Below, piece by piece: positions 11,035 to 21,600 of a DNA stretch of 45,001 nucleotides. The position numbers and the translations under genes were made by a program. The first letter of the stretch is position 1; every line of letters starts with the position of its first letter. The DNA is from a virus (taxonomy: Duplodnaviria; Caudoviricetes): the IMG/VR virus record IMGVR_UViG_3300025676_000029, positions 1 through 45,001 of that record; one strand, written 5' to 3'. The notes below the pieces were generated by a model that was given only the letters and a program-made list of their open reading frames with translations, was not told the origin of the DNA and did not search any database.

Positions 11035-11053
11035 ATTAAAAAATTAAAAAATT

Positions 11054-12505
11054 ATGGCAATTACACCTGCAACTCAGACAAGAGCAGGCGCTGTTAAGAC
11101 AGCTCTTTCTGAGAATTATTTAGACATCCAAACAAATGGATGGGCACAGCAATACCTTCCAGACCTAATGGAAAAAGAAGCGGAAGTGTTCGGTAAAAGA
11201 ACAATTTCTGGATTCTTATCTCAAGTAGGAGCTGAGGAAGCTATGGCTGCAGACCAAGTTATTTGGTCAGAACAAGGTAGATTACATTTATCTTACAAAG
11301 GTACTATAGGAACAAATACTGTTAGTACAATTCAATTAGATACTGATATTGACGATCAAGACGTTGGAACTACACACGGTGTTAGAGTTGGAGACACTGT
11401 TTTAGTAGCTTCAGCAGCTTTAACTGTTCAGTGTTACGTATCTCAAATTAATTCAGATACTGGTGGTGCACAAAACGCTGGTTCAACTGACTTTATCACA
11501 GCTGTTCCTTATTCTCACGAGCATTTAGACGATGCTGGATTTGGAGCTGACGACGCTGTTACTGTGTTAGTTTACGGTTCTGAGTACGCTAAAGGCGTAA
11601 ATGGTAAAGTAGGATCTAACGAACCTTCTTTCACTACATTCACTAACAAACCAATTATAATGAAAGACATGTACCAAGTTTCTGGTTCTGATGTTTCTCA
11701 AATCGGTTGGGTTGAAGTTTCTGGTGAAGACGGACAAAACGGTTACTACTGGTACTTAAAAGCTGAAGGTGATACTAGATCACGTTTTGCTGATTACTGC
11801 GAAATGTCACTTATTGAGTCTGAAAAAGCTGCTACAGCTTCTTTAGCTTTAGGTGGTGTTCTTGGTACTGATGAGTTACAAGGTACTGAAGGTTTGTTCG
11901 CTGCTATTGAGTCAAGAGGTCACCAAACTTCTGGTGTTACTGGCGTTAACGCTGCTACTGATTTAGCTGAATTTGATGCTATCTTAGCTGAGTTTGATAA
12001 GAACGGTGCTATTGAAGAAAACATGATGTTTATCGATAGAGCAACTGCTTTGGCAATGGATGACATGTTAGCTTCTATGAATTCTTATGGGGCTGGTGGT
12101 ACTTCTTACGGGGTATTTAACAACTCTGAAGATATGGCGCTTAACTTAGGTTTTTCTGGTTTCAGAAGAGGTTCTTATGACTTCTACAAGTCTGACTGGA
12201 AATACTTAAATGACTTAGCTACAAGAGGTGGTATCAACGCTAGAAACACTGCTGGAGCTATCCGTGGGGTTGTTATTCCAGCTGGTACTTCTAGTGTTTA
12301 TGATGAAAGTTTAGGTAAAAACCTAGTTCGTCCTTTCTTACATACTAGATACAGGGCTTCTAACACTGAGTCAAGAAAAATGAAAACTTGGGTTACTGGT
12401 TCAGTTGGAGCAGTTACTTCTGATTTAGATGCAATGACTATGAACTTCTTAACTGAAAGATGTTTAGTAGTACAAGGTGCAAATAACTTCATGTTAATGA
12501 ACTAA
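11054..12505 (+). CDS. Major capsid protein (HK97 fold inferred)
   Basis: 483 aa after the scaffold; strongly biased codon usage (gct/ggt/tct/aac) typical of highly expressed genes; followed by a terminator; WSEQGRLH and GTEGLFAAIE segments recognised from Bacteroidota podophage capsids. Confidence 0.85.
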   Translation: MAITPATQTRAGAVKTALSENYLDIQTNGWAQQYLPDLMEKEAEVFGKRTISGFLSQVGAEEAMAADQVIWSEQGRLHLSYKGTIGTNTVSTIQLDTDIDDQDVGTTHGVRVGDTVLVASAALTVQCYVSQINSDTGGAQNAGSTDFITAVPYSHEHLDDAGFGADDAVTVLVYGSEYAKGVNGKVGSNEPSFTTFTNKPIIMKDMYQVSGSDVSQIGWVEVSGEDGQNGYYWYLKAEGDTRSRFADYCEMSLIESEKAATASLALGGVLGTDELQGTEGLFAAIESRGHQTSGVTGVNAATDLAEFDAILAEFDKNGAIEENMMFIDRATALAMDDMLASMNSYGAGGTSYGVFNNSEDMALNLGFSGFRRGSYDFYKSDWKYLNDLATRGGINARNTAGAIRGVVIPAGTSSVYDESLGKNLVRPFLHTRYRASNTESRKMKTWVTGSVGAVTSDLDAMTMNFLTERCLVVQGANNFMLMN

Positions 12506-12518
12506 GCACAATTATTTT

Positions 12519-12556
12519 AAAGAGACTGGGATTAGTTTCCCAGTCCCTTTATTTTT
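12519..12556 (+). terminator. Rho-independent terminator after the capsid gene
   Basis: Stem gactggga / tcccagtc with a 6-nt loop, followed by cctttattttt. Confidence 0.8.
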
Positions 12557-12580
12557 ATTAATTTTATTATATATTATATT

Positions 12581-13432
12581 ATGGCAAAAAAACAAAAAAC
12601 ACAAAAAGAAGTAGTAACTGAAGAAGTAGTAACTGAAGAAGTTACTCAGGTTGTAGAACAACCAAAAGCAGTTGTTAAAGAAAAACCTTTACCAACACCA
12701 AAAAAAGATACTTGGGAGATAAAAGATAGAGTTTATTTTTTGAAAAGTAATAAAAAACCTATATCAAAACTACTAAAAGGCAGTGGTATACACTGGTTTG
12801 ATGAGAAAGCTGGATATGAAAGAGAGTTAAAGTATACGTCTAATCAAAGAACACCTTTTGTTGATGAGATGGTTGGTGATCAAAGGTTGGAGCATATTAT
12901 TTTTAGAAACGGAAGTTTAGCTGTACCAAAAAACAAAACGGTATTACAAAAAATGTTGTCTTTATATCACCCAATGAGAAACATTTTATACGCGGAGCAT
13001 AAACCTCAAGCTATAGCTGCTAATCAGGTCGAAACTATAGAGCTAGAAATAGAAGCTTTAAACGCTGCTATTAACATGGAGATAGATATGGCGGAAGCTA
13101 TCATGAGAGTTGAAATAGGTTCTAAAGTATCAGAGATGAGTTCTAAGGAACTTAAGAGAGATTTACTATTATACGCTAAGAAAAGCCCAAATCTATTCTT
13201 AGAATTAGTTAATGATGAAAATGTAGTTCTTAGAAACTTTGGTATTAGAGCAACAGAAATGGGGATATTGAAATTATCTTCTGATCAAAGAACTTTTTCA
13301 TGGGGATCTAACGATAGGAAACTAATGACAGTTCCTTTTGATGAGCACCCATATTCAGCTTTAGCCGCTTGGTTTAAAACTGATGAAGGAATGGAGATTT
13401 ACTCCAATATAGAAAAACGATTAAACAATTAA
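12581..13432 (+). CDS. Hypothetical virion or morphogenesis protein, 283 aa
   Basis: Between capsid and tail adaptor genes; N-terminus resembles that of the scaffold gene. Confidence 0.6.
   Translation: MAKKQKTQKEVVTEEVVTEEVTQVVEQPKAVVKEKPLPTPKKDTWEIKDRVYFLKSNKKPISKLLKGSGIHWFDEKAGYERELKYTSNQRTPFVDEMVGDQRLEHIIFRNGSLAVPKNKTVLQKMLSLYHPMRNILYAEHKPQAIAANQVETIELEIEALNAAINMEIDMAEAIMRVEIGSKVSEMSSKELKRDLLLYAKKSPNLFLELVNDENVVLRNFGIRATEMGILKLSSDQRTFSWGSNDRKLMTVPFDEHPYSALAAWFKTDEGMEIYSNIEKRLNN
12606..12642 (+). repeat. In-frame 15-bp tandem repeat (aagaagtagtaactg x about 2.5), encoding EVVTE
   Basis: Read directly from the sequence. Confidence 0.85.
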
Positions 13433-13438
13433 TCAAAC

Positions 13439-13476
13439 TGTAGAGCGGTCGCCCTACGGGGCGATCGTAAACTACA
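13439..13476 (+). promoter_or_regulatory. GC-rich RNA hairpin with C(UACG)G tetraloop
   Basis: tgtag-a-gcggtcgccc-TACG-gggcgatcgt-aaa-ctaca: 10-bp stem with two G-U pairs plus an outer 5-bp stem; no U-tract on the + strand. Confidence 0.7.
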
Positions 13477-13491
13477 AATTAAAAAGAAATT

Positions 13492-14175
13492 ATGGTAAAG
13501 ATAGATACAGTATATCAAAGAGTATTAGCATTAGCTAATAAAGAACAAAGAGGATATATAACTCCTCAGGAGTTTAACTTATTTGCCAACCAAGCTCAGA
13601 TGGATATATTTGAGCAATACTTTTATGACTTAAATCAATTTAGAAGAATACCAGGTAACGATAGTATATACGCTGATATGGTTAATGTCTTAGAAGAAAA
13701 AATTAGTATTTTTAAGGAAGGTCCAAAGACAGCTACGTACGAAAGTTACGTGCATAACATTAGTGATCTTTACGTAATAACAGACGTTAATTTGTCAGGT
13801 AAAGTAGCGGAAGAAATAAGATATGAAGATTGGTATAAAACACAAAGCGCACCTTTAACAAAAGCCACAAACAATAGACCTATATGGTATAGAAAAGAGG
13901 GAAAGATGTATTGGGATCCAGAATCTCTTGGAGACGCGAGCGTACATTACGTAAGAAAGCCAAAGAAAGTAAACTGGACGTATGTTGTAGTTGGGGAAAA
14001 GCCGTTAGTCAATATCCACGCCTCTGACTACCAGTCTTTCGAACTACACCCTTCAGAAGAAACAAAATTAGTTATAAAAATATTGGGCCTAGCAGGGATA
14101 ACACTAAAAGACCCCGCTTTATATCAAGCAGCTACAGCGGAAGATAATAAGAATATTCAACAAGAAAAACAATAA
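13492..14175 (+). CDS. Tail ring / head-tail adaptor protein
   Basis: VLALANKEQRGYITPQEFNLFANQAQ N-terminal helices and HYVRKP motif typical of podophage or crAss-like ring/adaptor proteins; position supports this. Confidence 0.65.
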   Translation: MVKIDTVYQRVLALANKEQRGYITPQEFNLFANQAQMDIFEQYFYDLNQFRRIPGNDSIYADMVNVLEEKISIFKEGPKTATYESYVHNISDLYVITDVNLSGKVAEEIRYEDWYKTQSAPLTKATNNRPIWYRKEGKMYWDPESLGDASVHYVRKPKKVNWTYVVVGEKPLVNIHASDYQSFELHPSEETKLVIKILGLAGITLKDPALYQAATAEDNKNIQQEKQ

Positions 14176-14178
14176 TAA

Positions 14179-15663
14179 ATGGGATTATTAGACGGCACGA
14201 CACAAAACGCTTATTACCAAGGAGGAGAAAAAGGTAGTTATCAATTTACATCTCTAGAAGATATTATAAATCAATTTTTAGTTGCTTACGTTGGAGAAGA
14301 AAAGATAATTAACAAAGTAAGTAGAACGGATGTTGCTTTCCACGCGCAAAGAGCCATGCAAGAACTTTCGTTCGATACTTTTAAATCTATAAAATCCCAA
14401 GAAATAGTTCTTCCGCCATCCAACACAATGATACTTCCGCATGATTACGTGAGTTACGCTAAATTATCTTGGAGTGATTCTGCAGGTATAAAACATATTT
14501 TATATCCAACTTCTAAAACATCAAACCCTTTTAAAATACAGCAAAACGACGACTTAACATACGACTTTACAATACCAGCGGTTGCTGTAATTACTAATGG
14601 TGATTTTAGCGAGGCTTTTGGGCAAACTGGAGGTTGGACAGGATCGCCACACCACGGAAGTCAATTTGGTTCTGCTTTAGGAATTGTAAATGGACAATAC
14701 GAGTGGACGCATACTACACAAGGATTAAACGGGTCATACACCGGTAGACATTTTGCGATATGGCAAGAAATAGACGTTTCGGATATAGATACAATTACAA
14801 TAACCGCTAAGGGATTATCTTCTGCTGCTAGTTCAGGTAAAAGCGCTGGAACGGTTAGAGTCGGTTTGTCTAACTTTATAGATTTTAACCAGACGAATGC
14901 TACTTCAGGTTACGATCCAAATAGAACAAACCCAAACTTAACAAATAATCCTAGTAGAAACTTAGATCCTCTTGTTTTTGATTTGCAAACTATAACTGGT
15001 TTATCTAGTTACATAGAATTTAACGACGGTTCTGGATCAATGTCTGCAGATACAACCTTAGAAGATATAGACGTTAGTGGTTTAAATACTGTGTATTTAT
15101 TAGCCGTGAGTGACGGCGGTCAAACAACAAGTTCCGCTGCTAACGGTACTAACGCTATCGACGATATAGTTTTAACTTTTGATGGTGTGTCTTCTGGGTT
15201 GCAAACTACTGGAGACTCTACAACTTGGACAAATTATAAATCTGCAACCCCATCCGAAAATCAAGACGACTACCAAGACGATACTTACTGGCCTAATAAC
15301 CAAAAAAGATATGGACTAGACCCTCAACACGCTCAGGTCAATGGTTCATTTTATATAGATAATCTAAGAGGATTAATCAATTTTAGTTCTAATATTTCTG
15401 GAAAAACTGTGATCTTAGATTATATAAGCGATAGTCTTGGAACAGACGGAGAAATGCAAGTTCACAAATTTGCAGAAGAAGCTATGTACAGATGGATACT
15501 GCACGCTATTGCGGCTGGCCGTATGCAAACTCAACAACTGGTGCCTAGACTTAAAAAAGAAAAAACAGCAGCAATAAGACAAGCTAAATTAAGATTGTCA
15601 AATATAAAATTAGAAGAATTAACTCAAACACTAAGAGGTAAATCGAAACATATAAAACACTAA
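14179..15663 (+). CDS. Tail ring / tubular protein with inserted CBM-like domain
   Basis: Ring-protein core (LEDIINQF...RAMQEL...LPHDYV; VILDYISD...VHKFAEEAMY...AKLRLSN) interrupted by an about 200 aa beta-rich segment (about 14575-15180). Confidence 0.65.
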   Translation: MGLLDGTTQNAYYQGGEKGSYQFTSLEDIINQFLVAYVGEEKIINKVSRTDVAFHAQRAMQELSFDTFKSIKSQEIVLPPSNTMILPHDYVSYAKLSWSDSAGIKHILYPTSKTSNPFKIQQNDDLTYDFTIPAVAVITNGDFSEAFGQTGGWTGSPHHGSQFGSALGIVNGQYEWTHTTQGLNGSYTGRHFAIWQEIDVSDIDTITITAKGLSSAASSGKSAGTVRVGLSNFIDFNQTNATSGYDPNRTNPNLTNNPSRNLDPLVFDLQTITGLSSYIEFNDGSGSMSADTTLEDIDVSGLNTVYLLAVSDGGQTTSSAANGTNAIDDIVLTFDGVSSGLQTTGDSTTWTNYKSATPSENQDDYQDDTYWPNNQKRYGLDPQHAQVNGSFYIDNLRGLINFSSNISGKTVILDYISDSLGTDGEMQVHKFAEEAMYRWILHAIAAGRMQTQQLVPRLKKEKTAAIRQAKLRLSNIKLEELTQTLRGKSKHIKH

Positions 15664-15666
15664 TAT

Positions 15667-18600
15667 ATGCCAGAGATTAAAAATACTTTCACTCAAGGTA
15701 AAATGAATAAAGACCTTGACGAAAGAATTATTCCAAACGGACAATATAGACACGCGATGAACGTACAGGTTTCAACATCTGATGGATCAGATGTTGGAAC
15801 AGTGCAAAACATATTAGGAAATACTAGTGTTGAAAATATTGTCGGTAGTGGATTTAAGTGCGTAGGAAGTGTATCTGACGAGAAAAAAGATAGGTTATAT
15901 TGGTTTATTAAGGGTAGTTCTATAGATGCGATTTTAGAATATTCCATTAAAAAAGGTACTAACGCGGTACTTGTAGACACTAAAGCAAACACATCTGAAG
16001 CCGTGTTAAAGTTTAAAGATAATATTATAACTGGTATAAACATAATTGACGACTTACTCCTTTGGACTGATGGGGTTAATGAACCAAGAAGAATTAATAT
16101 TGAAAGATGTAAATTAGGTAATGAAAATCTAACAAACTTAAGTACGGCTAACCATACTAAACTGGTGACTGGTGGCGAGGTGACTGAGACAGAAATCACC
16201 GTTAAATCAAATTTTACTGAAGTTGGAGTTTCGTTGACTGATATAGATCTTTTTACCACCTCTAGATTAAAAATAGGTGATGAATTAATAAAAATAAGAA
16301 ATTATAATTTCGGAACTCCTTATAGAAAAATCACCGCTATAACGGGTGACACTATCACGTTAAGTTCCGGTATATTAGGATCTTCATATATAAACCCTGA
16401 GGATAAACTAGTTTTCAAAAGGGCTGAAGATGTTACAGAAGAACATATAACTTCTATAAAAAAGAACCCTCTAAAATCCTTAAACTTTGTTATAAACGAA
16501 GCTGATCCTTCAGATAAATCTCCTTTATTTGAAAAAATATTCCCAAGATTTTCATACAGATATAAATACGAAGACGGAGAGTACTCTACTTTTGCGCCTT
16601 TTACTAACGTGGTATTTAAATCTTTATATGGTAAGGGCCCTAAAAACATAATTGATTATACTGACGCTACTGCTTACGGAATTCAAGAACCATATAATCT
16701 TGGTATGCAAAACATGATTCAATCTATTGAATTGAAAGATTTTATATCTCCAGACACACCAAAAGATGTCGTTCAAGTAGATTTATTATACAAGCAAGAG
16801 AACTCTCCTATCGTATACGTACTAGATATAATAAAAAACAGCGATGCCGCATGGGATGATGATGGATCAAGTATAGATTCAGAGCACAAAGGTAGTTTTA
16901 CTGTTAAAAGTGAAAATATATACGCGGCATTACCAGAAAATCAATTACTTAGACCTTGGGATAATATTCCTAAAACCGCGTTGGCTCAAGAAGTCACTGG
17001 TAATAGAGTTGTTTATGGTAATTATACTCAAGGATACAACCTTGGAGAAGACGATACGGGTGGTAAGATATCTCCTAGTGTTGTCTCTAGTTATGATTTA
17101 AGGAGTGTGCAAGAAGATTTTATAACTGGAGGATTACCAAGTGTAAAATCGCAAAGAAACTACCAAATAGGTGTAGTTTACGGAGATAAATACGGTAGAG
17201 AAACACCTGTTTTTACAGGAGAAGACGCTTCTTTAACAATTCCTTGGGAAGACGGTAATTTAAACGCTAGTAGATCGTTACGATTAAAAACCGAAATTAA
17301 TTCTCAACACCCAGAGTGGGCGAGTTATTATAAGTTTTTTGTAAAAGAGACGTCTGGAGAGTATTACAACTTAGTAATGGACGCTATTTACAATCCTACA
17401 GTAGAAGATCTTAGTGAAGAAGCAGAAAGTCACGTTTGGCTTTCTTTTGCTTCCTCTGACCGAAATAAAGTGTCTGAAGAGGATTATATAATATTTAAAA
17501 AGAAGATTGGAGAAAACGCTCAAATACCAACGGAGAATAAATATAAAATACTAGATATTAAAAATGAAGCTCCAGAATCTATTCAATACAAGTATTTAAA
17601 ACTTGGAGAAGTAGATAATACTCTAGGTAAATTAAACGATACAGCCGCAAACGGAGGTATATTCCACGACTCGACAAAACGTCCAATAGCAGTTGGCCCA
17701 AAAGGAACTGATTACTTTTATATACATAAAACAAATTGGCAAGCTGATGGTAACAACGGAATGTCTCTTACCGTAAATGACGAAATATCGGATACGCAAG
17801 ATTTATTTATCTCTTTTGTCAATAAAGAAGGTGAAGTTAGTTCGAAAACAGAAAAATATAAAATAGCATCTATTAGGATAAGTAGTGGTAATGTTTATAT
17901 AATCCAATTAGAAAAACCTATAACAGATGTAGACGCAGCAATGATGGAAAAATCTGGTACTTCTAGCCAAGAATTACACGATGATTTAGTTGTTTTAATA
18001 GAAAGAAAACTAGAAAAAAGTAGAGAGGCTTTTGCGGGTAGATTTTTTGTAAAAGTAAATAACAAGGGGCCAATTGAAGACTTGCAAGACTCAAGTCAAA
18101 TTGAAACTTTCATCGTAGCGACTCACACAGAAAACCTACATTGGCACGCGGATACTAACACTGCCTCTTACGATCCGGCTAATGGATTAATAAACAACAC
18201 CTACAATGGTACAGCGCCAAGTGGTGATGATAGAACTTGGGTTGTGACAAGTGGTGGAAATTTAACAAACACAGAGGCTAGTTGGGATAATTTACTAACT
18301 GAGGTAGGGAACAATAGGTTTTTCATAGACAATATGTATATGGCTGCCTCGCAGCCTAGCGATATTTTTTACGCTAAGAATTCTGGACAAGGATGGTATG
18401 GAGGTAATCCAAATATCTCTGAGGAATTATTATATAAAACTGGATCTGCCTCTAATTCAGTTTGGAAAACAGGAGGCTCGGGAGCCACCAAGGGCACTGG
18501 AAGTAATACTGTTCCAACTGGATGGATTATAGGAGGTGGAGGAAAATTCGCGTTTCCTACTAACGCAAACAGCAGTATGAGTTTACAAAATCCTGGCACT

Positions 18601-21600
18601 CCGTATATTGGAGGAAATTTAATAAATGGTATAGATGGAATTGTTCAAACTACCGATGATCACAATTCGTCTACAGGAATAAGAAGATGGAGAAAGAGTA
18701 TCTACGAAACTGATTTAACTCAATGGGACTATGGAAATCATCCATCTCATAATGGAAAAAATGTTATACATTTATCGTTTTTAGCACCAGGAGAAGATTT
18801 ACATGATGGTAGTTGGGCTTATAGTAAAACTCAATGGGATTTTAATAGCACTAAAATTCCTAAAAGTTTACAGGGTATACACGGAGGAGGGGTTTTTACT
18901 AAACCTAGTGGTGGTAATTTTCAAAATATTGGAGGCAGTAACTCCGTTGGTTATAACATGGGGGTTCATATGGAATCATCACACCCTTCTACCGCTGGAT
19001 CCGGTACATACGAAGGAACAACGAACATACGAGGCGCTAATATGTGGGGTTATGATCCAATATATAAATCTAAACACGATAACCAATGGAAACCTTGGAT
19101 TAAAGCAGATGGCACAACTGATGCCGCGATAGAGAGTTTTACAACAGCCTTAACTAAGTCGGGAGGAGGACAAAAATTCAAATTTACAGATGATCCAGAC
19201 GAAACAATATATACGATTCAAAGAGTTGTAGAAAAAAGAATTTACAACCACACCCCATGGAGGAAAATGTATAAGCACGATGGAAGTGGCGCGATAGTTG
19301 GTACTGGAGATAGCGTAGAAGAAGCGGCTACCATTTGGCGCGAAAATGCTACTGGAGCGAGTATTTACACCCATAGCGACGCTCAGGAATGGATGGATAG
19401 AGTGGTTAATTTTGGTAAAGCAAACAACAGAAGAGTTTGTTATATTATACATCTAGAAGATCCCGCTCCTAACCAAGCTTTTCCAACTACTCCTGGGAAT
19501 TTCGACCCTACTGGTGGTACTTTGTTAAATTCTGTTGACTTCTCTGCCATCGAGTTTATATATGAAGATTTTAATTTACTAGATGGTAGCGTGTCAGAAA
19601 ATCCAGCTATATGGGAAACAGAACCTAAAGAAAATACTGGTTTAGATATATACTATGAAACTAATCAAGCTTATCCGACAACACTAACGCTGGAGAACAT
19701 TGAACTTTTCGCGCAAGTTGGATCTGAAATTAAGTTTGATTTATCAGGGGCTACTACTGGTACTTCTATCGGCGTTATAAACGATCCTATAAAACTAAAG
19801 GAGTGGATTTCTGCAGATACCTTTACTGTAGAAATATCTCCTACGCAACCTGGAGTTAACACGTATACTGGACTAACGGCAACGCCGACGATGTTAAGCT
19901 ATATTGGCACGAAGGTTAAATTTATAAAATTAGACGGTAGTTTTACCGAGGGTGTTATATCTGCGTCGCCAACTAAAACTATAGCGGGAGTTTTTTATTT
20001 AGTTTACGACACGTTTACAATAACTCCTACCGCTGAAATAGGATTATCTTGGTACAACTGCCTAACGTTTGGAAACGGAATAGAATCTAATAGAATTAGA
20101 GACGATTTTAACGCAATGACTTTATCAAACGGAGTTAGAGCTAACGCTACTTTAGACAAAGCATACAAAGAAGAGCATAGAAAAAGTGGTTTAATTTATT
20201 CTGGACTATATAATTCTACAAGTGGAGTAAATAACTTAAATCAATTTATAGCAGCCGAAAAAATTACTAAAGATTTAAATCCCACATATGGTAGTATACA
20301 GAAGTTATTTTCTAGAAGAATAAGTCTAATTGCATTTTGCGAAGATAGAGTAATTGGAATCATAGCTAATAAAAACGCTTTATACAACGCGGATGGAAAT
20401 CCTCAAGTAGTAGCTACTAACGCTGTGCTAGGAGACGCTAATCCATTTGTTGGAGATTTTGGTATATCTAAAAATCCAGAATCATTTGTTTCAGAATCTT
20501 ATAGAGCTTATTTTACAGACAAACAAAGAGGCGCTGTGTTAAGACTATCAAAAGATGGATTAACCCCTATATCGGACGCTGGAATGCACGATTACTTTAG
20601 AGATAACTTAAGAACATCTGGTAAACTAATAGGTACTTACGATTCTCATAAGAACGATTATAATATAACACTAACAGATTACTTACCAGAAAACCTTATA
20701 GTTAATGGATTGTTAGAAGAGGGAGAGGGAGGATCTACAGAATCTTTTGATCCAACTGATCTCGTTATTGATGGAAGCTTTACAAGTGGTTCAAACGTAG
20801 TCCACCCGGCAGTACCTTCAAACGTCGCTAGTAACTCAATTTTAAACAGTACAACTACCATAACTAACTATAATTCAATAGGTCAATACACCTTACAACC
20901 ATCACAAGCAGAAATGATTCCTAGTAATTGGTTTGATGATTTTCCTTCAAATGGAACTATTTATAAAATGAATTTTCAAACTCAAAGTCCTAATCCACAG
21001 GTATTTGGCACCCCACCAAGCGCAGTTGGTGAAACTGGTAACCCGCCTGACGCTGTTCATTGGGGCAGTTTTGTCTCAGGGGATGGTTTAGTAGGCATGG
21101 GATATAACACTAAACATACCCCTTGGTTCCAAAATAGCGGAACCGGAAGTTACGGGCAAGCTAATATAAGAGTTAAATTAACAGAGTTAGGAGACGGACT
21201 TGTTGCTAGTGGAATGGCGAGTTCTTTTCCAAACGCTATAAATCCAACGTTGTTTCATGGTGAAATATTTAAAGTGAATTTAACAATACAAAATTACGGT
21301 CATCCTTCTGGTTCTAGTTTGCACACGACTGATGATATTGATTTTAAAGTGGAATTACTAGACGCGACTAATGCGCTTATTACCTCTGGGCTTTTTATGG
21401 ATATCGTAACAGCTGAAGGTATATATAATCCTGCAACTGCAGAAGGTTATACTATAGATTCTAAAAATTTAGGGTATGTAAATAATAGTTCGTTATATCA
21501 AGGAGCTACTACGTCAGGTATAAAATTTAGCGGTCTACCTACTGTAGGTGGTAACATTATTAATTTATCGTTTTACTTCGCGTTACAGGGCACGCTAGGA

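Noticed and set aside
13433-13491. tRNA or other structured RNA gene in intergenic space
   Set aside because: The spacer is under 60 nt and forms a single hairpin, not a cloverleaf. No other intergenic region shows tRNA features.
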